Both the position numbers and the translations under genes were made by a program. The notes under the pieces are model-generated. The model worked only from the letters and a program-made list of their open reading frames with translations, ran no database searches and was not told the origin of the DNA. Of a DNA stretch of 64,000 bases, positions 50,850 through 60,406 are shown piece after piece (the stretch's first letter is position 1; every line of letters begins with the position of its first letter). The DNA is from a virus (lineage: Duplodnaviria; Caudoviricetes), in the IMG/VR virus record IMGVR_UViG_2901201504_000001, positions 32,001 to 96,000 of that record. One strand, given 5' to 3'.

Positions 50850-51537
50850 TGATATACACGGCTGTTACGACCAGTTCATAAAAGTACTAGAGCATTGGGA
50901 TAAAGAAATGGAATTAGTTATTCTTGGTGATTTGATTGACAGAGGGGATAAATCACTGGAAGTTGTGCAGCATGTAATGGAATTGAAAGATACATATGGT
51001 GATAAAGTAACGGTACTTAAAGGAAATCATGAAGATATGTTCTTGAATTTCTTAGATGATCCATTTGAATGTGGAGAGATATTCTTTATAAATGGTGGCA
51101 ATAGAACGGCCTTTTCATTTACAAATGATGAATTCTTAATGTTCAAGAGCTATGAAGAAAGAGTTAAATTAATCAAATTAATGAATCCAGAAGTTGATTT
51201 TATTAGAAACCTAGATTTATATTATGAATTTGGAAATGTATTATTCGTACATGCTGGTATTAATCCATTGTTATCAGATTGGAGAAATACTTCTGAAACT
51301 GACTTTATGTGGACAAGAAATATGACTTACAACAAGAATGAAACAGGATTGACTATTGTATTCGGCCATACTCCTACACAAATGTTACATAAGAATAACA
51401 GCAATAATGATATTTGGATGAGTAAAGATCAGTCTTACATATGTATTGATGGTGGATGTGCTTTTGGAGGACAATTAAACGCCATTGTAATTGATGGCAA
51501 AGGTGAAATTTTAGAGAAATACGATGTGAAAGGATGA
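50827..51537 (+). CDS. Ser/Thr protein phosphatase-type metallophosphoesterase
   Basis: SDIHGC, GDLIDRG, KGNHE, VHAG, FGHTP, IDGG. Confidence 0.9.
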   Translation: MKKAFVVSDIHGCYDQFIKVLEHWDKEMELVILGDLIDRGDKSLEVVQHVMELKDTYGDKVTVLKGNHEDMFLNFLDDPFECGEIFFINGGNRTAFSFTNDEFLMFKSYEERVKLIKLMNPEVDFIRNLDLYYEFGNVLFVHAGINPLLSDWRNTSETDFMWTRNMTYNKNETGLTIVFGHTPTQMLHKNNSNNDIWMSKDQSYICIDGGCAFGGQLNAIVIDGKGEILEKYDVKG

Positions 51538-51763
51538 TAATTTGATTAAAATAGATGAATTAACTGAGAAAAAGATTTCAAAAGTAATGGATGGGTGGTT
51601 TCATGATATGAAAAGTCATCCTAATCACAAGACAAGGGAATTTGCTGGAGCTTTGTATATGGGAATGTTAAAAACATTAAATATTTTAGACATCAAAGTT
51701 AAAAAGTATAATGAATAAAATGATTCATTTATATTTGAAAAAGCTGGAAAATTCCAGCTTAAT

Positions 51764-51991
51764 TTACTCGTTGGTTACGGTTCTATCTGCAGGTTCAACT
51801 GATGGTTTAAATAATAAACCTAAATTAATTAGACCAGCAATCCCAACTACTGCATAGACAAATCTTGAAAAAGCAGTGCCTTGACCACCAAATATAGAGG
51901 CAACTAAATCAAATTGGAAAAATCCAATTAGTCCCCAGTTAATTGCACCAATAATTGTTAGAGCAAGTGCTATTCTTTGAAAAGTACTCAT
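51764..51991 (-). CDS. DUF378 (YuzA-like) membrane protein
   Basis: IIGAINWGLIGFFQFDLVASIFG; SigF-like GAATA-N14-GGACAAAATA upstream. Confidence 0.85.
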   Translation of the reverse strand: MSTFQRIALALTIIGAINWGLIGFFQFDLVASIFGGQGTAFSRFVYAVVGIAGLINLGLLFKPSVEPADRTVTNE

Positions 51992-52112
51992 AATAGTTCT
52001 CCTTATCAATTATTAAGATTATTACAGTATATATTTTGTCCAATTAGTTAAAGTATATTCGGGAATGGGTTTCAAGATAAAATGAAATGGACTTTTTAAT
52101 GGGAGGAATAAC

Positions 52113-52322
52113 ATGAGATGTCAATACGATGTACCTTGGGTTGGTCAATGTAAAAATGAAGCAATAGTGGGAAGTAAAAACTGTAAAGAACACTCAATAT
52201 TATGTAAAGTTTGCAAAGAAAGATTAGCTACACACGGTTGTTCATGTGCCGGAAGTTGGGTGTGTGGAACTCCTTTATGTAGTGAAAAAACATGTATTGA
52301 TAAGCATTGGAGTAAACATTGA
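52113..52322 (+). CDS. Cys-rich Zn-finger protein
   Basis: 10 Cys in 69 aa; RBS GGGAGG. Confidence 0.55.
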   Translation: MRCQYDVPWVGQCKNEAIVGSKNCKEHSILCKVCKERLATHGCSCAGSWVCGTPLCSEKTCIDKHWSKH

Positions 52323-52437
52323 ATTAAGATAAAAACTCAATTTTATTTAGATTTACTACATTCAATTACATACGACTAATTAATGATTGTTTACTGATAA
52401 TCTAGTAAAATATACCTTATGAAAGGAGGAGCGATAT

Positions 52438-53388
52438 ATGCAAAAAAAATTACAGGTATTTATATCGTCTACATTTACAGACTTAATTGAGGAAAGGCAG
52501 ACTGCTGTAGAAGCGGTACTAAACGCAGGACATATACCAGCTGGAATGGAATTATTTAAATCAGGTGATAAAAGCCAAAAAGAAGTTATTAAAAAATGGA
52601 TTGATGAATCTGATGTATATATGTTGATTTTAGGTGGCAGATATGGGTCGATTGATGAAGAGACAGGTAAGAGTTATACTCACTGGGAGTATGATTATGC
52701 AGGAGAAATAGGTAAACCAAGATTCGCAATCGTAATAACTGATGAAGCTATGGAAGAAAAGGTTAGAGAACATGGTCAAGACGTTTTGGAGAGAATTAAT
52801 TATCAAAAGTACATAGAATTTAAAGAGCAGGTACTTGGAAAGATTTCGAAATTTTATAGTGATCTTAAAGATATTAAAATTGTCGTTTTAGAGTCATTAA
52901 AAGAATTTGAAAAAGATGAAAACTTAAATGGGTGGGTATCTGGAGCGAATATTAATAATCAACAAGAGTTGTTAACATCAAATTTAAGATTATTAGAAGA
53001 GAATGCCTCTCTAAAAAATAAATTAGAAGAAGCTTTGAACAAAATTCAAAAATCAAATGAGATTAATGGTTACTCATATGATGAGATATATAAATATTTG
53101 TCATTCGAAAAGTTGGAATTACCAGAAAAATTATTCCCAGAGTTAGTTGGGAAAAAAGTATCGCTTTTGAAATTATTTCTTGCATTTAAAGATCGATTAG
53201 CAATTGGAATAACTAATGATGTACACATGACTGATGAAAATAATTTTTACTTTTTTAGTGTAGCCCCAACGCTTATTGCTCTGGGATTATACGAAAAGGT
53301 TAAAGTTGCGGGGGTAACCTATCAAAGAATTCAAACTTCAAAAGATGGTAATAAATTTTTATCTTTATACGAATTGTCAAAAAAATAA
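52438..53388 (+). CDS. DUF4062 (TIR/NDT-like) domain protein with coiled coil
   Basis: QVFISSTFTDLIEER, AGMELF, SDVYMLILGGRYGS, SYTHWEYDYA. Confidence 0.85.
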   Translation: MQKKLQVFISSTFTDLIEERQTAVEAVLNAGHIPAGMELFKSGDKSQKEVIKKWIDESDVYMLILGGRYGSIDEETGKSYTHWEYDYAGEIGKPRFAIVITDEAMEEKVREHGQDVLERINYQKYIEFKEQVLGKISKFYSDLKDIKIVVLESLKEFEKDENLNGWVSGANINNQQELLTSNLRLLEENASLKNKLEEALNKIQKSNEINGYSYDEIYKYLSFEKLELPEKLFPELVGKKVSLLKLFLAFKDRLAIGITNDVHMTDENNFYFFSVAPTLIALGLYEKVKVAGVTYQRIQTSKDGNKFLSLYELSKK

Positions 53389-53412
53389 TTAAGGAGGCGA
53401 AAGCCTCCTTAA
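53389..53412. terminator. Hairpin after the DUF4062 gene
   Basis: TTAAGGAGGC-GAAA-GCCTCCTTAA perfect stem. Confidence 0.75.
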
Positions 53413-53475
53413 TGTTAATAATGTCATATTTAGTTAATAAAAGTTAGATTTTAAAGTGAAAGGAAAGTTGAATTA

Positions 53476-53982
53476 TTGAGTAAATCATGTTGTTTTACAG
53501 GGCATAGACCGAACAAATTAAATGGATATAATCCAAGTGATAATAAAGAGCTATTGTTTAAACTTAGAGATATAATTATCGATCACATTGAGAATAAAGA
53601 AGTTGATAAGTTCATAACTGGAATGGCATTGGGTATTGATATGTGGGCAGGAAGAATTGTATTGAAACTTAAAGAAAAATATCCACACATTAAATTAGTT
53701 GCCGCAGTACCATGTGTGAATCAATACAATAAGTGGCCTCAAAAATCTAAGGATGAATGGCAAAGCATTATACATAAATGTGATGAAGTACATTATGTAT
53801 CAAATGATACTTATACATCATGGTGCATGAATAAGAGGAACGAATGGATGGTGGATAATTCACGATATGTGATAGCTGTTTGGGATGGCGCAAAAGGCGG
53901 TACTGGAAACTGTGTAAATTATGCAGTAAAGAAAGGCAACGAAATAATTCAGCTACATCCTAAGAGTTTAAAAATAAATTAA
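53476..53982 (+). CDS. SLOG-family protein (YoqJ/DUF1273-like)
   Basis: CFTGHRP, ITGMALGID, RNEWMVD, WDGAKGGT. Confidence 0.85.
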   Translation: MSKSCCFTGHRPNKLNGYNPSDNKELLFKLRDIIIDHIENKEVDKFITGMALGIDMWAGRIVLKLKEKYPHIKLVAAVPCVNQYNKWPQKSKDEWQSIIHKCDEVHYVSNDTYTSWCMNKRNEWMVDNSRYVIAVWDGAKGGTGNCVNYAVKKGNEIIQLHPKSLKIN

Positions 53983-54020
53983 TTTAAAATCATGGTTTTA
54001 ATATAAGGAGATGAGATTTA

Positions 54021-54584
54021 ATGGCTACAATTGAAAATTCATTTAATGGTGTTGAAATTGGAAAATATGATAACAGTAATGATTTAAGTGCAGCTTTAAA
54101 GAAATATGTTGGTAATAATGTTTTCTTTTTCTGCGTTGGAACAGACCGAGCTACAGGTGATTCAATAGCTCCTTTTGTTGGAACATTTTTAAAAGAAAAA
54201 GGTTATACAAATGTTATGGGTACTTTAGAAGATCCTGTTCATGCACAAAATATTGAGGAGAAAATCAAAGAAATACCTGAGGGATTTACAATTTTGGCTA
54301 TTGATGCTTCTATTGGACGAATAAATAATATTGGGAAATTTCTACTGAAAAGCGGTAGTTTAAAAGCTGGAGCAGGGGTAGGGAAAGATTTACCAATGGT
54401 GGGAGACTATCATATTCAAGCTGTAGTAAGCACTGGATCAGGTAATAATAGTTTTAATTTTATGATGTTAGCTAATACGAGAATGAGTTTAATATATGAT
54501 ATGGCAAATAAATTAACAGCAGCAATTGAGTCAGCTTATCCTTTAAGTTATAAATTAATGAATAAAGAAGAAGCTGCTTTATAA
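54021..54584 (+). CDS. yyaC: Spore protease YyaC-like protein
   Basis: CVGTDRATGDS, GTLEDPVHAQN, AIDASIG, GAGVGKDLPMVGD. Confidence 0.85.
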   Translation: MATIENSFNGVEIGKYDNSNDLSAALKKYVGNNVFFFCVGTDRATGDSIAPFVGTFLKEKGYTNVMGTLEDPVHAQNIEEKIKEIPEGFTILAIDASIGRINNIGKFLLKSGSLKAGAGVGKDLPMVGDYHIQAVVSTGSGNNSFNFMMLANTRMSLIYDMANKLTAAIESAYPLSYKLMNKEEAAL

Positions 54585-54622
54585 TGAAATCCTTATTTTA
54601 TTAAGAGTGGAGGAAGCTCATA

Positions 54623-54844
54623 TTGAATAAATTTAGACGTAGAGCATACGTTAAATCGCTAGATACAGTTAGGAAAGATGGTAAAGAAGGCGACAAAATA
54701 ATCATTATCAAACCTTCACATACAGAAATAATGCTTGGATATAACATTGGTGACATCTTTACTGTTGGGGTTGAGTTTTCAAAATCAATCAAAACTACAT
54801 GTGGTCTACACTTGTGGAACTATGAATATATAGTTTTAGTTTAA
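54623..54844 (+). CDS. Hypothetical protein
   Basis: 73 aa; RBS GGAGG. Confidence 0.45.
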   Translation: MNKFRRRAYVKSLDTVRKDGKEGDKIIIIKPSHTEIMLGYNIGDIFTVGVEFSKSIKTTCGLHLWNYEYIVLV

Positions 54845-55019
54845 TAGATTCTTTATTTTATACAATGGAGGTATTTTATGAATGAAGAATTAAAAGAATT
54901 ATACAAAATCTTTCTTTGGATTTAGATTACGGTTGGGATATTGAAGGAAAGTATTTAACTATTTCAATTAACTATGATGGTGAAACAATTTGTAATGAAA
55001 GTGTAATTATAGAAAGAGA

Positions 55020-55241
55020 TTGATAAATGTCATATTCTATACAGAGAAATGGGGAATAGCAATGAGAAAAAGAGTTGTATATTTACAAGATAATATGATT
55101 AATGATAATGAAATGGTTATTTTTTCGGCAGATATTCCATATGTGACAGAAGGAAATTTAATAGTGAATGAGGATAATTTAGCTATACCAATACATGATA
55201 TTTGGGTAGATTTTAATGTAGTTTATGAGTATAACTTATAA
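55020..55241 (+). CDS. Hypothetical protein
   Basis: 73-aa ORF. Confidence 0.4.
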   Translation: MINVIFYTEKWGIAMRKRVVYLQDNMINDNEMVIFSADIPYVTEGNLIVNEDNLAIPIHDIWVDFNVVYEYNL

Positions 55242-55273
55242 ACGTCTTATTTTATACAGAATGGAGTGAGTTT

Positions 55274-55375
55274 ATGATTTGGATTATATTAACCATTATC
55301 CAAATACCTTTCACGTTAGCAGTTTTATGGATATTAGGGATGATAATTTACGAGCATTTTGAATGGTTCAATTAA
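55274..55375 (+). CDS. 33-aa single-TM peptide
   Basis: MIWIILTIIQIPFTLAVLWILGMIIYEHFEWFN; RBS GGAG; bounded by junction palindromes. Confidence 0.45.
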   Translation: MIWIILTIIQIPFTLAVLWILGMIIYEHFEWFN

Positions 55376-55410
55376 GATAAAAGTCGTGATTTATACAATG
55401 AGGTGAAAGA

Positions 55411-55695
55411 ATGATATATAAAGCAATTATATCTGGACATATATTTATAGATGATAATGACAACAAAGATATCGAAATACTAACTCAAATTGATAACGAT
55501 AAAGAGTGTATAGATGTTTTTTGTGATATTGACCATGCTTTAATTGATACGATTGATATTGGAGAAAGTGATGATTATTATTTTATAGCTATTATTAAAT
55601 CAGAATGGATTGAATATCAGTCTTGGGAAGGCTCTGAATGGGAAGTGGAGCATGAGGTTATAGAGATAAAAGATGTAGATTTGATTATAAAATAA
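55411..55695 (+). CDS. Acidic hypothetical protein
   Basis: 94 aa; RBS GAGGTG. Confidence 0.5.
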   Translation: MIYKAIISGHIFIDDNDNKDIEILTQIDNDKECIDVFCDIDHALIDTIDIGESDDYYFIAIIKSEWIEYQSWEGSEWEVEHEVIEIKDVDLIIK

Positions 55696-55729
55696 GATAA
55701 AATTCACGTTTTATAAGAGGAGGGATTTA

Positions 55730-55927
55730 TTGAAAATACGTAGAGAATTGGATAATGGAAAAATCATGACGTTGTGTGTTAAATGTGACCATATTAGTCA
55801 TACATATCGTGGGAAATGTACATATTGTGGAGAGCAAAAAGAATATGATTTTTTCTTCTCTTTACCTACGAAAGAAAGAGAGAACTTATTAGAAATTTTA
55901 ATTGAATACAATAAACAAAGCGAATAA
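55730..55927 (+). CDS. Zn-finger hypothetical protein
   Basis: CVKC...CTYC; RBS AGGAGG. Confidence 0.5.
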   Translation: MKIRRELDNGKIMTLCVKCDHISHTYRGKCTYCGEQKEYDFFFSLPTKERENLLEILIEYNKQSE

Positions 55928-55956
55928 AAATTATTTTAAACAAAGTAGGTATTTAA

Positions 55957-56055
55957 ATGAAAGTAGTTAAATGTCCACAATGCGGAAGAGAAGTTAAATT
56001 AATCGAACATATAAACAAATGTGAATGTGGAGCAAGAATCAAAGTGTTGGAGTAG
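55957..56055 (+). CDS. 32-aa Zn-ribbon microprotein
   Basis: CPQCG...CECG. Confidence 0.45.
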   Translation: MKVVKCPQCGREVKLIEHINKCECGARIKVLE

Positions 56056-56337
56056 AAACAAGATAAAAATTATATTTTATACAAGGTGATTATATGAAAT
56101 GTGCCAGAAGTAGAAACAATGAGATGTATCTGAATGGTACAACAATTATTTGATGAGTTACGTAAGAATTATTTCTCACCCTAAATATACACATGAGCAA
56201 AGAGTTAAATATAATGAAATACTTCTAGCTTGGTATGAGAATTTTAATGGATATTTAGAGGAATATGATTGTTGATAAAAACTAGATTTTATATAAAGGA
56301 GTGATGATATGAGTGAATATAAGTATATTGAATCCAC

Positions 56338-56481
56338 TCACTTGAACAACTCATTCTTGAATGATGATTATGTGTATTGGTTTAATAATATTCATAATCA
56401 TAAAACATTGGGATATTAATCACCAGTAGAATTTAAGCATCAGCCCTTATAAAAGTTGTCCAGTTTAATGTTGACATTCCA
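56338..56481 (+). mobile_element. IS3-family remnant (transposase C-terminus + right IR)
   Basis: Decayed SLEQL..DYVYWFNNIHNHKTLGY*SPVEFK followed by IR-like TTGTCCAGTTTAATGTTGACATTCCA. Confidence 0.7.
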
Positions 56482-56581
56482 TTGATGTTGATTTATTATC
56501 CTAATGGAAAAATAAGAGTGTAAGAACCAATAATAAATTTTTTAGAATGCAACTTCAAAAAATATAGAGGAGAATTAACGT

Positions 56582-57487
56582 GTGAAAAATTTATGGCTAC
56601 TTAAAAATAAATCAGATAACAGAAATAATAAGTTTGTAGATAAAATACCTGGTTGGATATATCTTCTAATATGCAGTATTGGCATCATGGTTCTCTTTTA
56701 TGGAACGCAATTAATTGTGGGTATTTCACTTCAAACTATCTTTAATTTTATTCCAGAAACTAGTTCTACATATCGTTTTATAGGAGTCATTCGTACTTTT
56801 ATTGGAATATGGATGCTGCTGCTAGTATATGTTTACATATTTAAGAACCCTATTTCTAGTATAGGATTTACCAGAGATCGGTCATATAAGATTATTTCGA
56901 ATATACTTAGTGGTCTAGCAATTGGTATGTTTATTAATTTTGCAGGTATCTATATATACTCTCTTATGTTTAATGTTCAAATTGGAATTACAGAACAAAT
57001 CTCTAGTTTTAATGTTTATCCATATGTTTTACTATGTTTTGTTACTTACCTTATCCAAGGTGGCGCAGAGGAACTTGTTTTTAGAGGTTTTCTAACGAAA
57101 TGGCTCGTGAAAAAATACAATCTTTTACTTGTCTTTCTTTTCACTTCTATTCTATTTTCTCTCATGCATTCCTTTGGTGGGTTTAATCCCGTATTTTTGA
57201 CGTATGCTCTTTGTTTTGGATTTTTATTATTTTTAGTTGCTGTTGATAGTAATTGTATATATAAAAGTATGGTAATTCATGGGGTTTATAACGCTTCCGA
57301 GACGCTTTTTAAATTTAACGATGACAGTATGGAGAAAGAGCATTTATTCTATGCAAATGCTAACATGGAGATTTATATGAATAAGGCCTATCTTATCATC
57401 TCAGCAATAATACTTGTTTTCTGTGTATATTATTTAATAAAACTGCACAAAAAGAATCCAAAATGGTATTTCATGAGAAGCAACTAG
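56582..57487 (+). CDS. CPBP/CAAX-family intramembrane metalloprotease
   Basis: EELVFRG, FSLMH, HGVYN; multiple TMs. Confidence 0.88.
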   Translation: MKNLWLLKNKSDNRNNKFVDKIPGWIYLLICSIGIMVLFYGTQLIVGISLQTIFNFIPETSSTYRFIGVIRTFIGIWMLLLVYVYIFKNPISSIGFTRDRSYKIISNILSGLAIGMFINFAGIYIYSLMFNVQIGITEQISSFNVYPYVLLCFVTYLIQGGAEELVFRGFLTKWLVKKYNLLLVFLFTSILFSLMHSFGGFNPVFLTYALCFGFLLFLVAVDSNCIYKSMVIHGVYNASETLFKFNDDSMEKEHLFYANANMEIYMNKAYLIISAIILVFCVYYLIKLHKKNPKWYFMRSN

Positions 57488-57516
57488 GATTGTTAATTAT
57501 AGTTTAGGAGATAAAT

Positions 57517-57780
57517 ATGAATTTAACAAAGGTACAAAAAAGAATTAATCTATATCAAGAAAACCCAGTATTTCATGAATTAACTTGTGGTAACAATTCA
57601 AAGCATGGGACACTAAAAGCACAAATTATTGGTGACAAAGTAGTTTTGATTTGTCCTGACTGCGAATACATACAGACTTATATACCAGACTTCTTTTTCA
57701 ATGATCAATTTGAGATTGAATATAATAAACAAAAAGAGTTAATGGATAGAATTAACGAGATACAAAATACAATAAAATAA
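57517..57780 (+). CDS. Zn-binding hypothetical protein
   Basis: HELTC..H...CPDC. Confidence 0.5.
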   Translation: MNLTKVQKRINLYQENPVFHELTCGNNSKHGTLKAQIIGDKVVLICPDCEYIQTYIPDFFFNDQFEIEYNKQKELMDRINEIQNTIK

Positions 57781-57859
57781 TACTTTTAAACATCTAATAA
57801 AGTGAGATAAATTGTCTTACTTTATTTTTTTGTTATTTTGAATAAATTGGAAATATCAG

Positions 57860-57888
57860 TTGACTTTACTTTAAATTTACTATAAAAT
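57860..57888 (+). promoter_or_regulatory. SigA promoter of the yopP-yopQ-yopR-like operon
   Basis: TTGACT-N17-TAAAAT. Confidence 0.65.
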
Positions 57889-57936
57889 TTAATTAACGTA
57901 ATATAAACACCTAGATTTTTAAGGGGAGGTTGAATC

Positions 57937-58953
57937 ATGGGAGAAGCAAGAAAGTTAAGGGATCATTATATATATGATGATATTATTGCTTTTTTAAATT
58001 TAGCTCATTATAGTTATAATACAAAATTGTCATATGAAAAAGGAATTAGAGACTTTTTTAGAGAAATTAAAAATAAAGATATTGAGCATCTTACTCAGGA
58101 TGATATCCCCATAATGAAAAAAGAGGTGGAATTATTTAGAACACTGTTGAAAGAACGTGGCTATCATAATAATACAATTAATAATAAAGTAGCAGGATTA
58201 AGAAGACTATATACTGAATTTAAAGCGAATAAATATAATGTTGATGTAGATTTTTTTAGTATTATAAAATCATTACCAAGTGACACAGATTCTTATGATC
58301 CTTTTACTATAGATGAAGCAATGCAATTATATGAGTTAGCTTTAGATGAAAGGCATGATGGTGAGATAAAGTCTAAATTCATTTTGTTTTGCCTGGATAC
58401 TTGTATAAGAAAAAGTGCTGCATTAAAACTAAAATGGTCAGATTTCAAGGTTATAAATGAAAAAGAAGTAAGAATAATTGCTATTGATAAAGGTAATAAA
58501 GACTTTAGAGCGATGATTCATTATGATTTTTATAAAGAATTGTTGGAACTTAAAACTGATTCTGATCTAGTTTTTAATTTGAAACTACCTACTGTAGATA
58601 AAATGATATCTAGATTAGTCACAAAACTAAATGTAGATTCTGAAAGAAACTTAACATTTCACAGTTTAAGAAAAGCAGGAATTGAGTTTAAGTATAGATA
58701 TACTGGTGATATTAAAGTAGCACAAAAAGCAGCTAATCACAGTGATTTTTCGTTAACTTTCAATACTTATGTTAGTACTGAAGATTATGGGGTAATGGGA
58801 GCTGTATCATTGCTACATAAAAATGAAGAATCTATCTTAAACCAATTAAACTTTGAAGAATTAAAAAAACTTATGAATAGCCTAGAGCCAGATGTATTTC
58901 TAAGAGTGGAAAAGATGGCTAGAGAAATGTTCTCGAAGTGTTTGAAAGATTAA
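57937..58953 (+). CDS. Tyrosine recombinase (YopP-like), catalytic residues intact
   Basis: N-terminal SAM-like domain; TCIRK (R), DKGNK (K), FHSLRK (HxxR), NHS (H), NTY (Y). Confidence 0.85.
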   Translation: MGEARKLRDHYIYDDIIAFLNLAHYSYNTKLSYEKGIRDFFREIKNKDIEHLTQDDIPIMKKEVELFRTLLKERGYHNNTINNKVAGLRRLYTEFKANKYNVDVDFFSIIKSLPSDTDSYDPFTIDEAMQLYELALDERHDGEIKSKFILFCLDTCIRKSAALKLKWSDFKVINEKEVRIIAIDKGNKDFRAMIHYDFYKELLELKTDSDLVFNLKLPTVDKMISRLVTKLNVDSERNLTFHSLRKAGIEFKYRYTGDIKVAQKAANHSDFSLTFNTYVSTEDYGVMGAVSLLHKNEESILNQLNFEELKKLMNSLEPDVFLRVEKMAREMFSKCLKD

Positions 58954-59048
58954 TTTTATTAACATTTTACTAAGTGATACATATAAAGTACAATTAGTAA
59001 TGTGTTGTATATATGATAAATATAATAAGAAGTGAATGAGGTGTTTTT

Positions 59049-60389
59049 TTGTATATTGATAGAGAAGAACTTGAAGAGAGATTGACACCTTTCCTTGAAC
59101 AAGTTAGAAACAATAACCATGCAGTGGATTTAATTTCTAAGAAAATGTTAGATTTCAACATCCTTGAAGGAGATACTATAAATTACTTTAATCAACCAGA
59201 AACTATCGCTGACATGGATTTGAGAGCTTTATGTCTTTTTACAATGTTTGTACAAGAACATGTTAGAGATTCATCTTTAGATATAACTGAAATTTTTACT
59301 CCTAATGATATTAAAGAAGCGAAGCAGTATAATGGAGCATTTGAAATTGAAAAAGAAGAAGATATACTTCCTCTAATAATCGAAGGCGCAGATGCTTTAG
59401 ATAGTACTACAATTTTGACTAAGCTAAATATCCAACAAATCAATAAAATGCTGGATAAAGAGATACTGTATTATGATTTTAATACACAGAGAGAAGCTAA
59501 GTGGAAGAGAAAAGGTAGCACGATCATTCAAACTCCAAAAATTAACCAAAAATCAGTTAAGGAAATTTCTAAATGCATATTAGATGACACTTTAGTTAAG
59601 ACAGTCCTAACATTTAATGCGACTATTGGTAGTAGTGATGAAGAAAATGAATTAATATACAACGAGAAGAAAAGAACAGTTACAATTACTAAAGGAACGA
59701 AAATAGCAATTATTGATGGATTCCATAGGGTTAAAGGAATTCAAATGGCATTGGCTAAAAATCCACATAAAGAGTTTGTTTTCCCTGTACTATTAACAAA
59801 TTATTCTGTTGAAAAAGCAGCTCAATATTTAGGGCAAATTTCTAAAGCAAATCCAATTTCTAAGACTCGTGCTGCTGAATTATTAAAATCAAGAAAAGCT
59901 GATGAGGTAGTACAGTATTTAAAAGAGAGTTCAGAGCTAAAAGGAAGAATTTCTCAAACAGAGAGAATACATTCCATTAATAATGAAATAGTCACTTATA
60001 ATATTTTAGCTGATACTATTGAAAAAGAATTCAAACTAAAAACAAGAATAGATGTAATAAAGGTTGGAAAGTATTTAAGCGAATTCTTTGATATTTTAAT
60101 GGGCTTGTACAGCGATGCCTTTATTGATAATGTTGTGGAAACTAAAAATAAATCATTAATTAATGATAACAATATGTTTGTTGGTTATATAGTGCTTGCT
60201 AGAAGATTGTACGAGCAAGATAAGCCTATTGATATAAATGTAATTGAAGGGATAATGTCTAATATAGATTTTAGCTATGACAATCCACTATGGGAAGAGT
60301 TGGCATTAACGAAAGATGGGAAGAAGAATCATCGTACTCATGTAGTAAGAACAAATATAATGAAATATTTCAATCGATTAGAAATATAA
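59049..60389 (+). CDS. YopQ-like DndB/ParB-fold (DGxHR) protein
   Basis: NTQRE, IIDGFHRVKG; located between two integrase-fold genes as in SPbeta. Confidence 0.75.
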   Translation: MYIDREELEERLTPFLEQVRNNNHAVDLISKKMLDFNILEGDTINYFNQPETIADMDLRALCLFTMFVQEHVRDSSLDITEIFTPNDIKEAKQYNGAFEIEKEEDILPLIIEGADALDSTTILTKLNIQQINKMLDKEILYYDFNTQREAKWKRKGSTIIQTPKINQKSVKEISKCILDDTLVKTVLTFNATIGSSDEENELIYNEKKRTVTITKGTKIAIIDGFHRVKGIQMALAKNPHKEFVFPVLLTNYSVEKAAQYLGQISKANPISKTRAAELLKSRKADEVVQYLKESSELKGRISQTERIHSINNEIVTYNILADTIEKEFKLKTRIDVIKVGKYLSEFFDILMGLYSDAFIDNVVETKNKSLINDNNMFVGYIVLARRLYEQDKPIDINVIEGIMSNIDFSYDNPLWEELALTKDGKKNHRTHVVRTNIMKYFNRLEI

Positions 60390-60406
60390 AATAATGAGGG
60401 ATATAT

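Noticed and set aside
52438-53982. DUF4062 + SLOG as one two-gene Thoeris-like system
   Set aside because: Separated by a strong hairpin and a junction palindrome; the SLOG gene resembles the ordinary SPbeta yoqJ-type gene
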